Assembly (NCBI GenBank): GCA_977862235.1
Contig: OZ374562.1
Location: 2,046,001 to 2,110,000 of the forward strand
Reading direction: 5' to 3'
DNA length: 64,000 nt
Source of the DNA: Dudresnaya verticillata
Lineage: Eukaryota
Shown one piece after another: positions 23,817-35,769 of this stretch (within the stretch, counting starts at the first letter, position 1; every line of letters begins with the position of its first letter). Below the pieces are notes generated by a model, which was not told where the DNA came from, searched no databases, and saw only the letters and a list, made by a program, of their open reading frames with translations. The translations under genes were made by a program, and so were the position numbers.

Positions 23817-24633
23817 TGTGGCATAGCTGTAAGACCAGCTACGCCACGCCCGCGCAGCTGTAAGACCAGCTGCGCCACGTGTGCACCGCTGTGCGCACGC
23901 TGTCAGCCGGTGGCGCTGAAACCCCTCTGAACTGTAAGGAAGTGCGCTGTGGTGCCCGCATGTACGCGTGTACGCGTGTGGCACTGACACTCCCGTATAA
24001 CTTGTACGTTCATTTTTGTGTAGTGTACAGTAAGTCTAGTGTAAGCGGTGGTCGAATGCCCTGCTGTCCCGCGCGCTGTGTGCACGCACTCCGGCGTCGA
24101 GCCGTTGAGTACGTGTGGACCGTTTCGCCCACGCGCGCCTCCGGGTTACCGTTACCCTTACGCGTCGACGCGTGCCGGGGCGCGCCGGCGCACCTCCCGG
24201 GTTGGTGCCGCCGTAGGCCCTGTAGTGTATTTAGTAGTCGCCCCACTGAGCTTGAGTAAACGAAGGCAAGCCAGCCTACGCCAGGCTTGCCCCTTTCTGC
24301 TTTAGGGTTCTTTCCCAGTCTTTCGCCCTACGGCTTCCCCTTTTAACTAGCCTCCTAGGCTTTGATTTCCTTTCCCTGCCGTCAGCTTCGTGCCGCCCCA
24401 CGACGGGGACGCTGGGATCCGGCCGCTGCCGCCGGCGTACGGTCCGCCCCGTGCGCACTTAGGCTTCAACGCCGTAGATCCACAACCGTCGACGGCGCGC
24501 GCGCCCAACACCGCGCGCGCCCGACACCACCGCTCTACCACCACAGCTACCACATACCACCCTTCGGCGGATCTGAAAGCGACTGATCGCTCAGCACAGC
24601 TAGACGTTTATTCAACGTGACGTCTATGCCACA
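23817..24633 (+). repeat. Family-X LTR
   Basis: TGTGGCATAG...CTATGCCACA 10-bp inverted termini; followed by CCTCT. Confidence 0.92.
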
Positions 24634-25319
24634 CCTCTAAACATGGTAGTTCCGCCAATATGTATATAAAGAAAAGCCCTCGGCTTCGGCTACCGGCCGC
24701 TATGGTCTCGTAAATTAAAGGGTGAAATAGCTTTCTGCGTACAGGGCAATTATGAGCTCTTTAACAATGGCATGCAGCAAGCTTTGAACACTTGTGAAGA
24801 ATGCTACCCAGCGCCCAGGATATTTGATGATGGAGACAAACGGGATAGAAATAAGCTTTTATTGATGCCATCACGTCAGGCAAGTACGGAGCTGGATCTA
24901 AAATAGGCGCCGAAAGCGAGAGCTTCGAGCTTGCTAAACAACAAGGGGAAACATTGGTGTGGGTAAGAAGGTTGAGCGCAAAGACGGCGATCTGTCAGAT
25001 TTAGAAGAGTTCTCCGGTAGCAGGTACAATAGGTAGAGGTATGAAAGGAGGTGAAGGGAACCACTTCGACCAACACGATGCTGTAAATCTTGCAAAGCCT
25101 TCAGCTTGCGTTGAGCATTCCATGAGGTCTGCATCTCAGAAAGAAGGCCTACTCTGGGACGGTGTCTCAAATAATTGCCGTAATTCGGACCAATGTCACA
25201 CACCAGACTCTCTCCGCTCCTTCTCCGAGAGGATGGATCGACAGAGCACAAAGATATATTGGCCAGGAGGTGGCTAATGACTAAACAAATCATTGGGCTG
25301 ACAGACAGGGACAGTTCAA

Positions 25320-26084
25320 AGCCCAGCTGCGGCACACCTGCCAGGCTGTGCGCACTCTGTCAACCGGTGGCGTCGATGCACCGCTGAAGCTTTAAGGAAG
25401 TGCGCCGTGGCGCCCACGCGTATGCGTATACGCGTGTGACACTGACACTCCCGTACTGACACTCCCGTGTAACTTGTAACCTCTATGTTTATATGTAGTG
25501 TAGTCTAACTTAAGCGGCACTCGGGCGCCTTGCTGCCTCACTCGCACTCCGGAATCAAGCCGTTGCATACGCAGCGGACCATTACACCCGGCGTGTGCCC
25601 CCGGGTAGCCGTTACCCGTACCGGTCGACACATGTCGAGGCACTCCGGCGCACCTACCGCATTGGTACCCCTGTGCCCTGTAGCTAGTCTATTTAATTCC
25701 AGTCGCCAGGCATGGGTACGTAAAGACAACAATCCACCGGCCTATGCTAGTGCTTCACGCTTTCTCTTCGAGTTCTTTCCCTGTTCCCTTCGACCTACGG
25801 CTTCCTTTTCACTTGGTAGTTTAGTCTGTTCGCTCCAATTTTTCCGACCCTCGGCTTCTTGCCGCCCTACGATGGGGACGCTCGGATCCGGGCGCTGCTG
25901 CCCGCGTACGGTATGCCCCGTGCGCGCTGAGGCTTCGACGCCGCCAGATCCGCCACCGTCGACGGCGCATGCGGCTGATACCACCGTTCTACCGCAGCTA
26001 CCACCCACCACCCTTCGACGGGTCTGGGTGCGACTGATCGACCAGTCCAGCTGGGCCTCAGTTCGACCTGAGGTCTATGACACT
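25320..26084 (+). repeat. Family-X LTR, old and 5' degraded
   Basis: Colinear similarity to the other family-X copies; ends GTCTATGACACT. Confidence 0.85.
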
Positions 26085-27469
26085 GCTTGCCTTCGGGGAA
26101 AACGACGAAGATGGCAACACCATACTGACGCATGCTTTTCGGTTAGTTAAAATGGCCAAAGATCTAGAGCTTCAACCACGGTTGGCGGCCGACTTCTTCA
26201 AACCAGGTGCAATTTATGGATCTGATGAACAGAGAACCTCTACTAGTAAAGCTCGGAAGCACGAGGTGAGACGCGGGGGAATTCCGGAGCATGACAGTCC
26301 AATCAGTAGCGCAAAGCCAAGGCCAGATGGTCGACTGAAAGGAGAATGTATCTGCGTGCGCGGTTAGATTCGCTGTTGGGCGTTCTTCTGTCGAAGCCCA
26401 ATTTATCGGCGCCGGAGTTGGCGACACTCCCAACATACAAACGGAGCGGAGTTGTTCTGGTTTTCTAACTATCTGGTCGCTTGGGCGCTCCTCGTTTGTA
26501 GGATACGCCTATAACAGGCTCGCAATTTTTACGACAAGCTCTGTGCCGGAGATGGGATCACATACTATTTTGGTGTTTAGTCAGCCGAGTTTTTACCGCA
26601 CTTCAAAACATTCTTTCTTTTCCTGGCACTTTGTTCCATCTTCTTTCAGATTCTACCAACCGTAGGAGCTACCTTCCTACCTTTGTGGCACAATGGAGAT
26701 TTCCGCCAACCGGTACGACATGCTATAGGCAAGGATGAGCGCTCGCCCAATAAATCACTATCCTCGCTGGATGATGCCAGGAGTAGGCATTTGATTGGTG
26801 CACACGCAGTTTAATTCGCCCGTCCGAGCGTGTCGAGTGGATGCCGATTGGTGCGGCGACAGGGATATTTTCCGATTATACGCCGCTACCGGGGGCGTAA
26901 CATCCCCGTCGCCCATTTGTATTCTGTAAGTACTGTACAGTACACTGTAGTAGGACCTAGTACTTCGGGCAAAACCCCCTATTTCTTGGTCCCCTTAATA
27001 GCAGCGTACCCCTGATTGAGTCCTATTGGGCGTTTCTCGATCTTTGACTGCCTTCCGGTGCCGGGCGATTCCCGTTCCCCTTTAACGAAGCCAAGCAGGC
27101 GCATTTCCCGTACGATAAGTTTCCTGCGGACCACTGAGTCGTGTCCACCACACTTTTGAAGAACTACAAACGCCCGGTAAATGCGTAAACATGTTCCATT
27201 TTTCCTCTTCTATGTCTTAATCGGCTTCTATAATGTCTTCTGTGCATTCCAGTTCTGGTCTTTGAGAGTCGTTCCTTCCTTCTACAAAGCCCAGATATAA
27301 TGATTCCTGGAATTTTGATTTCTTGAAAATTCTTCTCATTATTTTCGACTATAACTTGTTGGTTGACAGTTTCTGACGATACAGCTTTATCAAATGTTAC
27401 ATCTCTGGACACTTCTACTGTTCCGTTCTCTGGAAAATATTCTTTGTGACTGCTACCATTGTCATACCC

Positions 27470-28231
27470 TGTGAATTCCTGAGGCTAGCAACGCGGTGGG
27501 CAACGCGGATTTCTTGACTATTATCGTTCCGACGGATGTTGGAAGGTTGTAGGAGCTGCCCTAAATGTGCTGCAACCGTCTCTAGATCAAACGGAAGTTG
27601 TCCCGAAAGGTTCAGGTTGAGACTTGAGACGTTCAGGTTGAGACTTGAGACGTTGAGGTTGAGACTTGAGACATTGCGGTTGAGACCTGAGAAGTGCAGA
27701 TCTCGGAAGTAGAGTTCTAAGTTACTCCAGCTTGGTTTAAATGCAAGCTGGAAGGCCGTAACAGGTTGGTAGGAGGTGCAGTGCGGTTAGCGAAAGGATA
27801 GTGAACGGGGAGACGGAGGTCGGGACAGTGAGAGGGCGCTACCTCTCTGCTTGGTCGGTTTGCCGAGAGAAGGCTGCCATTATTGTGACGGCGGTTCGTT
27901 CCCTGCTACAAAAGGCAGAGAAACTGCGGCTCGCACAGCGATATTCGCAGGGAGATCGACTTGCCTCGTTCAACGTGTGCCGTTGGCTACACATGATGCC
28001 GAAACTACCAATCAGAGACTGAATAGCTCCAGGTGATCTGATACTATCTTACGACCTCATCCAAGTGGCTGCACGTGGCACCCGGTCGCGGACCTGGCGG
28101 CACCACGTCGCGCAATGGCGTAACCACTGTCCGCGCAGCAGAATGCAGGTCGGGAGCTCAACGTCACAGCCGTTTCCGCGCAGCGGGTCCTGACCTGAAT
28201 AGCACGTCGAAAATGGTGCTCAGGAGTAACA
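27470..28231. repeat. Solo-LTR-like insertion in the Copia remnant
   Basis: TG...CA ends with imperfect inverted termini; 4-bp duplication ACCC; removal restores GGA ATC TTA GTG GGG TAT GAC (GILVGYD). Confidence 0.8.
27610..27693 (+). repeat. 21-bp tandem repeat, four copies
   Basis: GTTCAGGTTGAGACTTGAGAC twice exact, then two degenerate copies. Confidence 0.9.
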
Positions 28232-30524
28232 ACCCCACTAAGATTCCTTGTCGAACTCTTGCTCCAAACTTCTGAGCTACAGATTCTTCTTAGTTACATG
28301 ACCTAGTAACTAGAGCTAAATACTCGGAAATGCCATCTGTCTGGTTCACGAGCTGTAGGAGTCTCGAATCGTGCCATATTTTCTTGCTTGCAATCTCTCG
28401 TGAATGTTCTATTGCGAAGATGGTTCGCAGTGTCCATTGCTTCTGCTCACATTTTCTTGTGTCGAACAACTCCATCCATGTTCGCTAACGTACTCCAGGG
28501 CATGTTCATCAGAGTCCTATTGCGTCTCTCTGATTTTCCGTTGGATCCCGGTGAATATTGGGAGGAGAGCTCCAGTACTGTACCTCTGTCCGATAGCCAT
28601 TTCGAAAAGTTGTTTCAAATGAACTACTTTGCATTGTCCAAGCGAAGTAGCTTCATATTGATTCAGTAATACCCTGCGAGTAATAAAACATTGAATTTTG
28701 ATCTCAGCTACGGATTCAAGTTTAGTTATCATGTCCTTGAGGTGTTCTGCCTTCCTTGGGTCAAAACATCTTATCAACGACAAGGCACAAGCGTCTTCCC
28801 ATAGTGTTATGAAGCACCTGGAACCATTGATTGATGTTGTCTCAACTGGTCCAACGACATCAGCATGAGCCAGGTCCAATAGTTTTGAACTATTTTCGTC
28901 TTCCTCTTTCATAGCTGGTCTGGCACTACGCTTGGGCTTCGCTTTTACGGAATTATTGAATGTACCTATTGGTTGAGCGTCTTGGATATCAATACCTGAT
29001 ACAATTGGTATGCTCTTTTGTACTGTCTCCTTCCCAACATGGCCGAGTCTTTCGTACCATAACGCTTGTCTCTCAACAGCGTTCATACAGTTTTGTGCAC
29101 GTACTGAGTTTCGATTTTTCTTCGGGTCACGGCTGTATTCTGGCTCGATATTGACCTTATACGGTCCTCCTTCAGTTTCAATTCCCTTCAAAATAGTATC
29201 GTTGTTTCCCTTTATTTGTCACCAGACTCCTCTTCCATTGTTGTAAGTTTCGAAGGAAACGAGCAGCCCAGCCTGTCTCAGTTTGCTGACAGATATTGGG
29301 TTTCACATGAGATTATGGACAAATAAAACGTCCTTCATCCTGATGTTAGTCGTTTTGTCATTGATGTTGACAGTACCACTGATATAACCTATTCCTTTCA
29401 CTTCGATGTGCGCACGAGTTCGTACACAAACCGATCTCGACTCCTGATTCATCTCCTTGATTATATTCACCTGGATACACATATTGGCTCTTGTACCTGA
29501 GTCAAGTAGCCATTGTTCTTAAAAGGTTTGAGCTCCTTTGGTATTAGTGCTCATGCACTTTGAGACACATTTGATGTATCCTGATCCTGGGCTAAAATTC
29601 CCTGTTTCTCCTCGATTACAATTCTTCTCTTGTTTCTTCCGTCCTTTACACTTTCCGTCTCTATTCCGATTTCTGGGGCGGTACTTCTTGTTCACTGGAT
29701 TACAGATGCACTCGGACTTCTTATGCCCTTTCTTACCGCAGTATTGCCATTTGATGTTTTCCAGTATCTGGATAGTGCCTTGGGGGGTGTCTCCTCATCG
29801 TTACCCTCTTCAACGTATTCCTTCTTGGTTGCCCCTCTCGGAATTAACTGTGATATGGCCTATGGGTATAGTTCAGTAATCCTAATGATTTCTCCAGTTA
29901 TTTGGAAGTCATCTGTACGCCGTCTCAGCTTGACACGCATTTTCTCCGCGTCCTTAAGAACATGAGCAGCATACGTGAGTTAGCTTTCTATAGCACTCAA
30001 CCGACTGACTTATGCCATTAATGTCCCAAATTTATTCATCTTAAGGGCTCGGTACTATGCAAGATAGGCATCTATGGAGGCTTTTGACACTGCTTCAAAC
30101 ATATTCTTGAGCTTTCCTCAAGTATCGTTGGGATTTTCAGGTCGATCACCGTAGCACGCAGTGTAATCTATGGACAAATATATAGTGCTAAGTGCTTGAT
30201 CTTTTCTTCTCCTGAACTTCTTGCGCCCTTCTGTGTCTGGACCTCCTGGCTGGCCTTATTCCTCTGAGACCACAAAACATAGCCCCTTTCTTTTTAGCAT
30301 TAGTTCGATCTTCCTTGACCAAATGTAGTAGTTGCTGGCATTGCGGTTCTCGATAGAGAACCTGGATGTCCCAACTATATCATCTTCTCTGTCTATTTTG
30401 ATCTGAACTGGTTTTCTTGGTTGGCACAGCAACGATCGCCTAGAGGCGACGCGCATCAACAGCGACTCAAATAGAGTCTCAGTGGTTTCAAAACTGTTGA
30501 TAACGTAGTGTTAGTGACATTGCT

Positions 30525-30538
30525 CTGGGTCCATAACC
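30525..30538 (-). promoter_or_regulatory. Copia PBS (internal tRNA-iMet type)
   Basis: Minus strand GGTTATGGACCCAG directly after a CA end; one mismatch to the copia-type GGTTATGGGCCCAG. Confidence 0.8.
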
Positions 30539-31386
30539 TGACAGGTCAACAGTACTGAAAGATGTGCGGGAGCTGTTCGACCTGTTGCGTTATTTATGCT
30601 AGGCTATTCCCAGTAAGCAGTCGCAGCTTGTTCTTTATGCAACCTATGCAACCTATGCAACCTCTACCACACTGGTAATACCGAGAACGTACTATTATTA
30701 AAATTACATCTACACCGATACAGAAAATTAGACTTGCCCCAGTGTCTACAATTGGAAGTTCGCCATTGCTCAAATTGCGGGTACAGATCGTAAGGTGCAG
30801 TGAGAATTCACCAGAACCGAAGGCCCGAAGCCGGGAATCAAAACCGCAAGGCCTACGCTGTCACCAATGTGAGTCGATGCCCTAGCGCTAGAACAATGTT
30901 CCAAGCCAGACGCGACAGGGAACAGACTGGATCCTTACAATAATCGTCATACTGTGGGCATGACCTAGGAAATGATATTCTGATGCTGAAGAAGATCCAA
31001 ATATGGTGGTAACCAAAAACATGTTACAAGGTTGGATATTAGTAGTTTTAATTGATGGTTACTGTATTGGGGTCATTCTAAGGCAGTACTTGATACCAAA
31101 ATGTACTTAGGGCCATAAGATAGGCGACATGCTTCTTGAATATGAAGTACCTCCCATTGCGAGGGCACCTACGGTGGTATGCATTTGGATAGCAAGTCAC
31201 TGACCTGGATGAAGGGGAACGGGAATAGTATAAGAACTCCGTCAACCACAACCATAAATAAAGCATCCGTTGATGAACTATAATCGTCCACTGCTGGTCC
31301 CTTCTCAACCCCGGAAGGCTATAGTGGCTACAGTTCAAGCTGTTCCGCGGAACCCCTATTGTTTTCCCTGTTTCTTCGTTCCGTGC

Positions 31387-32420
31387 ATGCCAAGACTTCG
31401 CAGAGAACTTTCTGGGCTCGGAATCACGATTATTTCAGGGAATGATGAAGACGTTGATGGCGTTGATTATGGTAAATCAGTCGTGCTTGATGTCGTGGGA
31501 CACCCCGTCCTGAAAAGTCTCGATCCCAAAGAGATGATTAAATTTGTCTCTGCTCGTGAGGAAGACGAGATAGAGGTTGAAGAGAACAAGGAGGAAGTCC
31601 CGACAACTACAACGGCAAGCTACAAGCTATGCATCAAGCCCCATGTGTTACGGTGAATGCATTATATGGGTATGTCTGATACGATTCCGCCAGATGTGGA
31701 GGGCACTAACCTTACGTCCGAACACATCAAATGTGCAATCAATGAGGTCCTGACCGCAGTCAGGAAGGAGCCGGACTGGCGTGTAATCGAAGCCGCTCTA
31801 GTGGGCCTATTTATGCCCAGGAATATTGAGGATCCGCGCATGCGAGCCTGTCAAATGGTTGTTGCCTTCTTTGAACGTCTTCAAAATGTCGATTACGGTA
31901 CTTTTAGAGATGACAATCCAAAGAAAACCGTCGCACACCTAACCGAAGCCCTTTTCCCGCCTAAACTAAATTCAATTGTCGTCAGGGATCTGGAATAAGG
32001 AAGGCACTGAAAAAGGATGTTCGGAAATTTGTTAAGTATGTGGAAGAACAAGCTGTGCCTGTGGATAAAACACGTTATGTAGATAGTGGAAATGGTAGAA
32101 AAATAGGAACGGGAAAGGAAAACACGGATCTTTGAGAGGGTTAATCAAGGGTCTCCGTTCGGATCTCAAGCTGGAAAGGAAAATGGAAAAGAAGTTCAGA
32201 AAAAGTTGAGAATCGGAAACCAATATGTTTCCACCCTGAGTGCACTAAGAAGAAGCTTCGCTATTCTATAACGGATTGCAATAATTGCGAAGATCAATAT
32301 GAGAAGGACCGCTTACTAAAGGAACACGGAGAGAAGAAGAAAGCCGCAAAAACAGTGCACTTTGGAGATATAAGGTCTCAGTAGGACGGGACAACTCTCA
32401 AAGCAACTTTTGCAGGTACA
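31387..32420 (+). pseudogene. Probable gag-like remnant of another LTR family
   Basis: In-frame ORFs 31270-31656 and 31657-31998 separated by one stop; decayed Cys cluster near 32225-32290; family assignment is an impression only. Confidence 0.45.
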
Positions 32421-33345
32421 GTTACGCCGGATATTTCCCCCAACCACGCAACGTGCTATAAATTTGGAACCAAGCATCCGTTCGCAGAACGGATTTCGTC
32501 AGCGTGCTCTTGGGACACCTCTCTTTCGATTGAGGCCTTAAAATATCCATTGGGATATATTCTGATTTTTCATTCATTCTGAAAAGGCCGAAACCTGTGT
32601 TGTATGTCGTTTGTAACCAATGTAGTTGTGAACGTGCGTGTTTAGATTTGGCCCAACTTATTAATGCACCACCCCCATTTGCGTTGGGTGGCGATTTCAA
32701 TTGGCCCATCGTAATCTCTGCACGCCCAGTGGAACAGGTCCGTTCCTATTTGGATTGATCCAATCCTAACCCGGTGATCGGTGTACCTCACCAACGTCTT
32801 GGAAATGTTCCCAGTTGTGTAAAAGCATTGTGCCAGTCAGGTCCGAGAAAGTATCTCTAAGCTCTCTCACCAGATCATTGAGTGAAGTACTCTGCATCGA
32901 CCACTTCCATCTCTTGCTAAATGGAGCATTCCGTATTATGGACTCCGTTACCAGATACTCAGCCGGTGATTTTGTTCTTGACCTCACAATGCATTCGGCA
33001 ATTTTCGTCTTTGAATTGCATCGTATTCCTCAGTTTTGGCCTCAAAGCGCGGTTATCAAGGATCCCGCACTTCCTACACAAGAGTTTATCGCATACCTGA
33101 CAAATCACAGAATTGAGGACCGCCCTGTACCACCTCTCCGATGCAACAAGAATTTTATTGAATCCAAGCATCCGATAACTAGATATATGTTTCTAATATT
33201 GAAGAACGCTGCAGAATACAAGCCCCCTTCACATGAGAAACGGCTTATGCAGCAAGCTCTGCGACTTTCTAACGATTTATACGGCAATGATATATGCTGA
33301 AGTAAGGAGCTAGTTGCAGATACACGCATCCAATCATGACGAAAT

Positions 33346-35020
33346 TGTGGTGCAAACCGGCCGCGACGGGGAGCACGTCCGGGTGTTCGCGGCCCGGCGG
33401 GTAGTGACGTCCAAGGACGGTAGTAGTAGAGCGAATGAGCAGCGCCACGGGGCGGACTGTAAATGCCCCGTGCGGAAAGTAGCTGAAGCGAACGGATAAA
33501 GGAACAAAAACCAAAAAGAAACATGTTTGGGAAACGGTCAGGAACGTGGAAGCAAGGTGGGACTGATTGTGGCATAGACGTCAGGTCGAACTGACGTCTA
33601 GCTTCGCTGGTAGATCAGTCGCACACGGAACCGTCGGCGGGTGGTGGTAGTTGCGGTAGTACAGCGGTTGTATCGGCCCCGCGCGCCGTCGATGGTCGCG
33701 GATCTACGGCGTCAAAGCCTAAGTGCGGACGGGACTGACCGTACGCGGACGGCAGCGGCCGAATCCCTGCGTCCCCGTCGTGGGGCGGCACGAAGCCAAC
33801 GATCGGGAAGGAAGGGAAACGCCTGGATGGCGAAGGGAAAGGGAAAGCCGTAGGGCGAAAGACTGTAAAAGAAACCCAAAGCAAAAAGGGACAAGTCTGG
33901 CGTTTGCTTGCTTGCCCTTGTCTACTCTAGCCCAGAGGGACAAATAATAAATATACTACAGTGTTTGTGGCGACACCAACCCGGGCGTTGCGCCGGCGCA
34001 CCCCGATACGCGTCGACGCGTACGGGTAACGGTAACCCGCGCGCAAGGGAGAAACGGCTCATACGTACTCAACGGCTCGACGCCGGAGTGCACGCGCGCG
34101 GGTCACGCCCTTCGCGCCTCTACACCGGAGTGGGTGCGCATGGCGTGCGGGACAGCGAGGCGTTTGACCGTCACTTACACTAGACGGTACTGTACACTAC
34201 ACAAAAATGGACGTAGAAATTACACGGGAGTGTCAGCGTCACAAGCGTAGACGCGTACGCGCGGGCGCCACAGCGCACTTCCTTACAGTTCAGCGGGGCT
34301 TCGGCGCCACTGGCTGACAGCGTGCGCACAGCGGTGCACACGTGGCGCAGCTGGTCTTACAGGTGTGTGGGCGTGGCAGATCTGGTCTCACAGCTATGCC
34401 ACACTGATGGATGGGCTTCAGGATGCGGAGGGTGGTACGCGCAAGCGAAGAGGGGCATTCAGGTACCGGATCTGTTTAGACGAGTTTGCTGTGACGTCTC
34501 CGACGGACGACCTAAATACTACTAGCACTATGCGTGCCTTGGCGGCAGGGATGCGACAAGCGCGCGCGAACTCGGGACACGTGCCGTTACACCGTGTGTC
34601 TGACATTGCCGCGATGAAGCCGTAATGTTGATTGATCCGTACGCGTCCGCTGCTTGCATCTACTCGTGGACACGGCTTGCGCCTTACAGTACAGGCCGCG
34701 TTCAGATCGGGCGCACCCGTCATCCGATCGCGTTCCGCCGGGCTCGCTGTCGTGTGTAGCACGTGTACGCGCGCGGCCCCTATTACGTGCCATGTCACCG
34801 ACCTTCGGCGTTTCGCCACTCCTGAGCCGCGGCCGATCTGGACACGGTTTGTACGCTGATGCCGGTTTCTTTCCGCAAAGCGAGCGGGTTCGCACCAATG
34901 TTCACTGGGTGGATACGAAAATATGTCCCACGCCGAAGGGCAGAAGACGCCCGTCGTCGACGGTATTCAGGGCAGCGGCGGTAAGTTATATCAGGCACGC
35001 CACACGTGGTTTGCACCACA
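33346..35020 (-). repeat. Solo LTR (TGTGGTGCAAA type) containing a family-X LTR
   Basis: TGTGGTGCAAACC...GGTTTGCACCACA inverted termini; TSD degenerate (GAAAT/AAAGT). Confidence 0.85.
33568..34403 (-). repeat. Family-X solo LTR
   Basis: TGTGGCATAG...CTATGCCACA; perfect TSD CTGAT. Confidence 0.95.
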
Positions 35021-35769
35021 AAAGTCATATCCTGCTTCTGTTACCGATTTGTTGCTGGAAACGCACGAAGAACAGATGGGGAAACGAAAATGAAAGCGCA
35101 TTCTCGAAAACAAAAGTATGCAAGAACCCTACTGTGTCCTGGGGACTCCGTCCATGTTTTCATCAAAGGGGAAAATGACAAAAGAGGTGAATGGTTCCTG
35201 CCAAATGTGATTCTAAGTGTTGGCAATGTACCTGGAGCTGTCATCGTTCCTGGAACATGGAAAAATGGTTCGCGACCCACTTGAAGACGTGATACCTGCC
35301 ATGGCTCGAGACAGCCTTGCCGAAACTATACGAACTGCTGCTGATGTATTGGAGCAATCCATTAACAAAACTATAGAAGACTTCTTGTCGCAGATCCCTG
35401 ACAGGTCTGATGTAACAGAAAATGATAACGTCACCAGTCAGGAAGATGACGAAAAAATAATATTCAAGAAGCAGACTCAATTGTCCAGCCTCCAGGTGTT
35501 GGGGACTTTATCGATGTTTACTGGCCCATAGGCAAAACGCTTTACACTGGACAGATATCCACAAATTGAGGAAAGCAACAATTCTGTTCAAGTTGATTAC
35601 ACTAATAGAGATAAGGAGACTCTAAACCTAACTGAAGAAAGCTGGGCGTATTTTGTTCTATCGTTTGTTTGTTTCAAGGCGGCATAACCAGCTATATTGC
35701 AGGGTAATATCTAATACAGCTCTATATATCTCCGTACTATATTGATAACTACTTCAGAGTTAGTAGATA

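Larger units (their letters stand above)
27153..30863 (-). mobile_element. Ty1/Copia LTR retrotransposon remnant (5' LTR, PBS, gag, PR, IN, SH3-like)
   Basis: NYYIWSRKIELMLKRKGL (gag), WLLDSG (protease), LWYERLGHVG, LDLAHADVVGP (integrase), GILVGYD and SRDVTFD; putative LTR 30539-30863 (TGACAG...CTGTCA, right boundary uncertain). Confidence 0.88.
32770..35655 (+). pseudogene. Copia-type integrase remnant with a downstream Tudor-like domain, split by nested solo LTRs
   Basis: KVSLSSLTRSLSEVLCIDHF...MDSVTRYS...D...NKNFIESKH; GDSVHVFIKGENDKRGEW; VGDFIDVYWP...ETLNLTEESW. RT is not visible. Confidence 0.75.

Noticed and set aside
26684..27152. Possible solo LTR (TGTGG...CCACA)
   Set aside because: Flanks do not give a convincing TSD and there is no second copy in the window
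27610..27693. Short repeated units as a possible CRISPR array
   Set aside because: Head-to-tail with no spacers, no cas genes, eukaryotic TE context
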